The notes under the pieces were generated by a model. It saw only the letters and a program-made list of their open reading frames with translations. It was not told the DNA's origin and did not search any database. From assembly GCA_024403995.1 (NCBI GenBank), contig JAKSQT010000002.1, positions 22,149 through 86,148 of the forward strand: a stretch of DNA of 64,000 nt, read 5' to 3'. A program made the translations under genes and the position numbers. This DNA comes from Ruminococcus sp. Its GTDB lineage: Bacteria > Bacillota > Clostridia > Oscillospirales > Ruminococcaceae. Below, piece after piece: positions 60,194 through 64,000 of the stretch. The first letter of the stretch is position 1; the number at the start of each line of letters is the position of its first letter.

Positions 60194-61624
60194 TTATTCA
60201 ACTTCGATGTCGATGTTATCAGCAACGTTCTGCTTGAAGTCCTTGATAGCATCGTCCTTGCTCTTCTGACCTGATGAGTACATACGTACCTGGTCACGCC
60301 AGAGTGAGTTGATCTTTTCGTCGTATTCTGAGAGGTTCTTACCGTTTGCATACTCGTTTGCAGGAACGAATACGTCGAACATATTCTGTCCGCCGAGGAA
60401 TTCGAGAGAACCGTCAGAGTTAGCCATAACTGTTGAAGAAGCAACAGCATCCTTTGTGGCTGAATCAGGATCATATGTACCGTTAGCCCACATATACTGG
60501 AGACCTGTCTCTGAAGAGTCAAGAGTTACCCAGTTAATGAATTCGCCAACGCCTTCCTTAACCTGGCTGTCCTTGTTAGCAAGGAGCCATGTACCGCCCC
60601 AGAAGAAGCCTACAGGAGGTGCGCAAACTGCCCAGTCACCGGCTGTGTCGCCGCAGTTCTGACCGATTGTGTAGTTGATGAGCCATGCAGGACCGAAGAA
60701 GCCGAAGATCTTCTTAGCGCCTTCATCCTTCATATCAGCAAACCAAGCATCCTGCCAGTCTGTTGTATCGTTGTGGTACTCGTTGTCGATGAGCTTCTTT
60801 GAGTAGTCAAGGAATGCTTCACGCTTAGGATCGATATTGAGCTTGCCGTCAACAACCCAAGCTGAATCAGAGCTGTTCTCAACTGCGTGCCAGAGGTCGC
60901 CGTCACCTGAGATGATACCGTAGCCCTTGCCCTTGAGTGTTTCAGCTGCTTCCCAGAACTTGTCAAGGCTCTGTGAACCGCTGCCGATTGCTTCGCCAAC
61001 CTTCTCCGGATCATCTGAACCGAATGCATCCTTAGCGATTGAACGTCTGTAGATGAATGCGCCGCCTGTAGCCTGATAGCCAAGACCAACAACGTCGCCT
61101 GATGGGTTTGTACCGATCTCAACTGAGTATGGAGCGATCTGAGCTTCCTCGATCTTAGCGTCTACATCAAGACCAAGATCCTTGTAAGAAGCAGCGTACT
61201 GGCAAGCAGAACCCTGTGTGTACTTGAGGATGAATGCAGCTTCTGCACAGTAGAGGTCAGGAGCATCCTTGCCGCCTGCGTTGAGAGCAGCATCGAGAGC
61301 CGGCTGATAATCGCCGTTTGTTGTAGCGATAACAGTCTTTTCGATCTTGTACTTCTTGCCGAAGTCAGGGTTAAGTTCGATGTACTTGTCCATCATACCC
61401 GGAACTTCTTCTGTGAATGCCCATAAGTTGATTGTCTGCTGCTCGCCTGAATCATCAGCGCTTGACTCGTCCTTGGATTCGTCTGATGAGCTTTCATCAA
61501 CTGTTGAAGATGAAGAATTTTCTTCCTTCTTGGAAGAGCTTGAGTCGCTTGGTTCATCGCCGCCGCAAGCTGTCATTGTTGCGAGGAGAGCCATAGCTGA
61601 AATTAAAGATAATACTTTTTTCAT
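60194..61624 (-). CDS. Carbohydrate ABC transporter substrate-binding lipoprotein
   Basis: Lipobox MTAC, Ser-rich linker, WGGTW. Confidence 0.9.
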   Translation of the reverse strand: MKKVLSLISAMALLATMTACGGDEPSDSSSSKKEENSSSSTVDESSSDESKDESSADDSGEQQTINLWAFTEEVPGMMDKYIELNPDFGKKYKIEKTVIATTNGDYQPALDAALNAGGKDAPDLYCAEAAFILKYTQGSACQYAASYKDLGLDVDAKIEEAQIAPYSVEIGTNPSGDVVGLGYQATGGAFIYRRSIAKDAFGSDDPEKVGEAIGSGSQSLDKFWEAAETLKGKGYGIISGDGDLWHAVENSSDSAWVVDGKLNIDPKREAFLDYSKKLIDNEYHNDTTDWQDAWFADMKDEGAKKIFGFFGPAWLINYTIGQNCGDTAGDWAVCAPPVGFFWGGTWLLANKDSQVKEGVGEFINWVTLDSSETGLQYMWANGTYDPDSATKDAVASSTVMANSDGSLEFLGGQNMFDVFVPANEYANGKNLSEYDEKINSLWRDQVRMYSSGQKSKDDAIKDFKQNVADNIDIEVE

Positions 61625-61690
61625 TTTTGAGTTACCTCCATATAAATTTCATTTATCGCAATCCGGCCGGGGATGCCGGAAAGTGCAGCA

Positions 61691-63010
61691 TTAGAGTGTG
61701 AAAAGAACGTTGTTTACGATAGATTCGAGCATTTCCTGTCTGCCGCTTGAAAGTGAAGCAGTAACTTCGCCCTTTTCGAGAGCATACTTTTCGAGAGCAG
61801 CCATATCAGCCTTGCCAGCGATGATGTCTGCACCGATGCCTGTATTCCATGAAGCATAACGGTCAGCGATGAACTTGTCGATTCTGCCGTCAGCGATGAG
61901 CTTCTGAGCAGCCTTGAAGCCGAGAGCGAATGCATCCATACCTGCAATGTAGCTGTAGAAGATATCTTCAGGAGTGAAGCTGCCTCTGCGAGCCTTAGCA
62001 TCGAAGTTGAGACCGCCGTTTGTGAAGCCGCCAGCCTTGATAACTTCGTACATACACATTGTTGTGTCATAGATGTTTGTCGGGAACTGGTCTGTATCCC
62101 ATCCGAGAAGCGGATCGCCCTGGTTAGCATCGATTGAACCGAATGCGCCGTTTGTTCTTGCAACGCAGAGTTCATGCTGGAATGTGTGCTGAGCAAGAGT
62201 TGCATGGTTAGCTTCAATGTTCATCTTGAAGTCCTTGTCGAGGCCGTACTTTCTGAGGAAGCCCAGAACTGTTGCGGTATCGAAGTCATACTGATGCTTT
62301 GTTGGCTCCTTTGGCTTTGGTTCGATATAGAAGTCGCCTGTGAAGCCTATTGAACGACCGTACTCAACAGCCATCTTCATAAGACGAGCCATGTTGTCGA
62401 GTTCGAGTCCCATATTTGTGTTGAGGAGTGTTTCGTAACCTTCACGGCCGCCCCAGAATACGTAACCGTTACCGCCGAGCTTTACAGTAGACTCAAGAGC
62501 CTTCTTGATCTGTGCAGCAGAGAAAGCGAAAACGTCAGCAGATGGGGAAGTACCTGCACCGTGCATGAAACGTGGGTGGTCAAAGCACTTAGCTGTACCC
62601 CAGAGGCACTTGAGGCCTGTTTCGTCCTGCTTAGCCTTGATGTAGTCAGTAACTGCATCGAGCTTAGCGTTTGTCTCAGCGAGACTGCCGTATTCAGGTG
62701 AAAGGTCTCTGTCGTGGAAGCAGAAGTAGTCGATGCTGAGCTTCTGCATGATCTCGAAAGCAGCGTCAACCTTAGCCATTGCTCTTTCTGTTACATCACA
62801 TTTGCCCCATGTCTTGTCTGTTGTGCCACAGCCGAACATATCTGTTCCGTCGCCGCCCATTGTGTGCCACCATGAGAGAGCAAATTTGAGATGCTCACGC
62901 ATTGTCTTGCCGTCGATAACCTCATCAGGGTTGTAATACTTGAATGCAAGCGGGTTTGTGCTGTTCTTTCCTTCATAAGCTATCTTGCCTATGTTCTTAA
63001 AAAATTCCAT
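61691..63010 (-). CDS. xylA: Xylose isomerase (class II)
   Basis: [40 protein letters not shown]. Confidence 0.97.
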   Translation of the reverse strand: MEFFKNIGKIAYEGKNSTNPLAFKYYNPDEVIDGKTMREHLKFALSWWHTMGGDGTDMFGCGTTDKTWGKCDVTERAMAKVDAAFEIMQKLSIDYFCFHDRDLSPEYGSLAETNAKLDAVTDYIKAKQDETGLKCLWGTAKCFDHPRFMHGAGTSPSADVFAFSAAQIKKALESTVKLGGNGYVFWGGREGYETLLNTNMGLELDNMARLMKMAVEYGRSIGFTGDFYIEPKPKEPTKHQYDFDTATVLGFLRKYGLDKDFKMNIEANHATLAQHTFQHELCVARTNGAFGSIDANQGDPLLGWDTDQFPTNIYDTTMCMYEVIKAGGFTNGGLNFDAKARRGSFTPEDIFYSYIAGMDAFALGFKAAQKLIADGRIDKFIADRYASWNTGIGADIIAGKADMAALEKYALEKGEVTASLSSGRQEMLESIVNNVLFTL

Positions 63011-63029
63011 TTAATTGACCTCCGATTAA

Positions 63030-64000
63030 TTATAAATTTATTGAGAGACAGCCTGTGCCGGTTAATTCGGCACTTAATGCGTCAGGCTGAGAAGTACCTG
63101 CGTAAAGAATGAACTTGTCTGATGTCTTTGCTCTTACGCCGTTGTCATCAACGGACTGGAAGGCTCTTTCATCTATAGTCACCTCAACGCTTGTGCTTTC
63201 GCCTTTTTTCAGGAAAATTCTCCTGAAGCCGCATAAGCTGTGGTTCGGAACATAATTTTCGCCTATACCCTTGATATAGAACTGAACAACGTCCTCAGTA
63301 TCGCAGTTACCGGTATTTGTAACAGTAACGGAAGCTTTTCCGTCATTGTATTTAAGGTCGCTGCATGAGAATTTTGAATAAGTAAGACCGTAGCCGAACG
63401 GATAGAGAATATTGTTTTCTGCATATCTGTAAGTACGGTTCTTCATGCTGTAATCCGAGAAATCAGGTAGAAGTGAAGCGTCCTGATAGAATGTAACAGG
63501 GAGCTTTCCTGACGGTGAGACCTTGCCGAAAAGGATATTGGCAAGAGCAGTACCGCCTGACTGTCCGGGATACCAAGCCTGAATAAGAGCATCGCAGTCG
63601 GCTTCAACATTGATAGCGCTTCCTGCGGCTGTAACGATGATAACGGGCTTCTTAGTGTCCATGACTGCCTTGACGAGCTTGCGCTGTGCTTCAGGAAGTC
63701 TGAGGTCATTCTTGTCGCCCGAGGAGAATTCGTTTCCTGTATCTCCTTCTTCGCCTTCGATAGTAGCATCAAGACCAACGCAGAGAACAACAACATCAGA
63801 CTGCTCTGCAACGATCTGTGCCTCGGCAATTCTGTCATCAGGGAGACCGAGAGCCATAACTCTGTCTTTATAAAGGTGACTGCCCTGTGAGTAGAGTACT
63901 CTGCCATTGAAAGCATCCTGAATGCCTTCAAGGAAGGTGATGTATCTGTCGGCTGTACCGTTGTAGTTGCCTTCAAGTGCAGGACGGCTGTCCGCATTCG
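63030..64000 (-). CDS. GH3 beta-xylosidase (3' part; 5' end outside window)
   Basis: Frame stays open to the window edge (NADSRPALEGNYNG...); IEGEEGD, AWYPGQSGG, PSGKLPVTFY, YPFGYGLTY. Confidence 0.93.
   Translation of the reverse strand, partial: NADSRPALEGNYNGTADRYITFLEGIQDAFNGRVLYSQGSHLYKDRVMALGLPDDRIAEAQIVAEQSDVVVLCVGLDATIEGEEGDTGNEFSSGDKNDLRLPEAQRKLVKAVMDTKKPVIIVTAAGSAINVEADCDALIQAWYPGQSGGTALANILFGKVSPSGKLPVTFYQDASLLPDFSDYSMKNRTYRYAENNILYPFGYGLTYSKFSCSDLKYNDGKASVTVTNTGNCDTEDVVQFYIKGIGENYVPNHSLCGFRRIFLKKGESTSVEVTIDERAFQSVDDNGVRAKTSDKFILYAGTSQPDALSAELTGTGCLSINL

Noticed and set aside
58281-64000. Xylose operon lacking an ABC ATPase as a novelty
   Set aside because: Firmicute carbohydrate ABC systems commonly share an ATPase encoded elsewhere, and the operon is truncated by the window

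Overview
Chromosomal window from a cellulosome-producing, apparently spore-forming Firmicute that looks like Ruminococcus (cohesin/dockerin proteins, xylose operon; genus is an inference). In order: a reduced dcw cluster (rsmH'-ftsL-PBP-murE-mraY-ftsW-murG-murA-ftsQ-ftsZ); a DivIVA-like coiled-coil gene; a sigH-like sigma factor; housekeeping genes (TrmK-Nif3 fusion, RlmA-like methyltransferase, rqcH, MPG); a VTC/DUF4956/DUF4353 operon; an RHH regulator-clpB operon; hup; a cohesin-dockerin adaptor; sporulation genes including a split SleC; rplJL; a signalling-rich accessory block (sensory [FeFe]-hydrogenase-like gene, second DivIVA-like gene, degenerate GGDEF with a sugar-binding protein, and an LRR-kinase-vWA-PP2C-pseudo-deaminase operon); a MATE; a dockerin CE1 esterase; and a xylosidase-xylA-ABC operon. 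Non-coding signals: two families of MITE-like palindromic repeats, a tRNA-like cloverleaf upstream of a zinc-ribbon gene, three candidate structured sRNAs/leaders, and an identical 16-bp OmpR-type box shared by two distant promoters. No CRISPR, rRNA, canonical tRNA or transposase was seen. All calls come from reading the sequence by eye; no searches were run.
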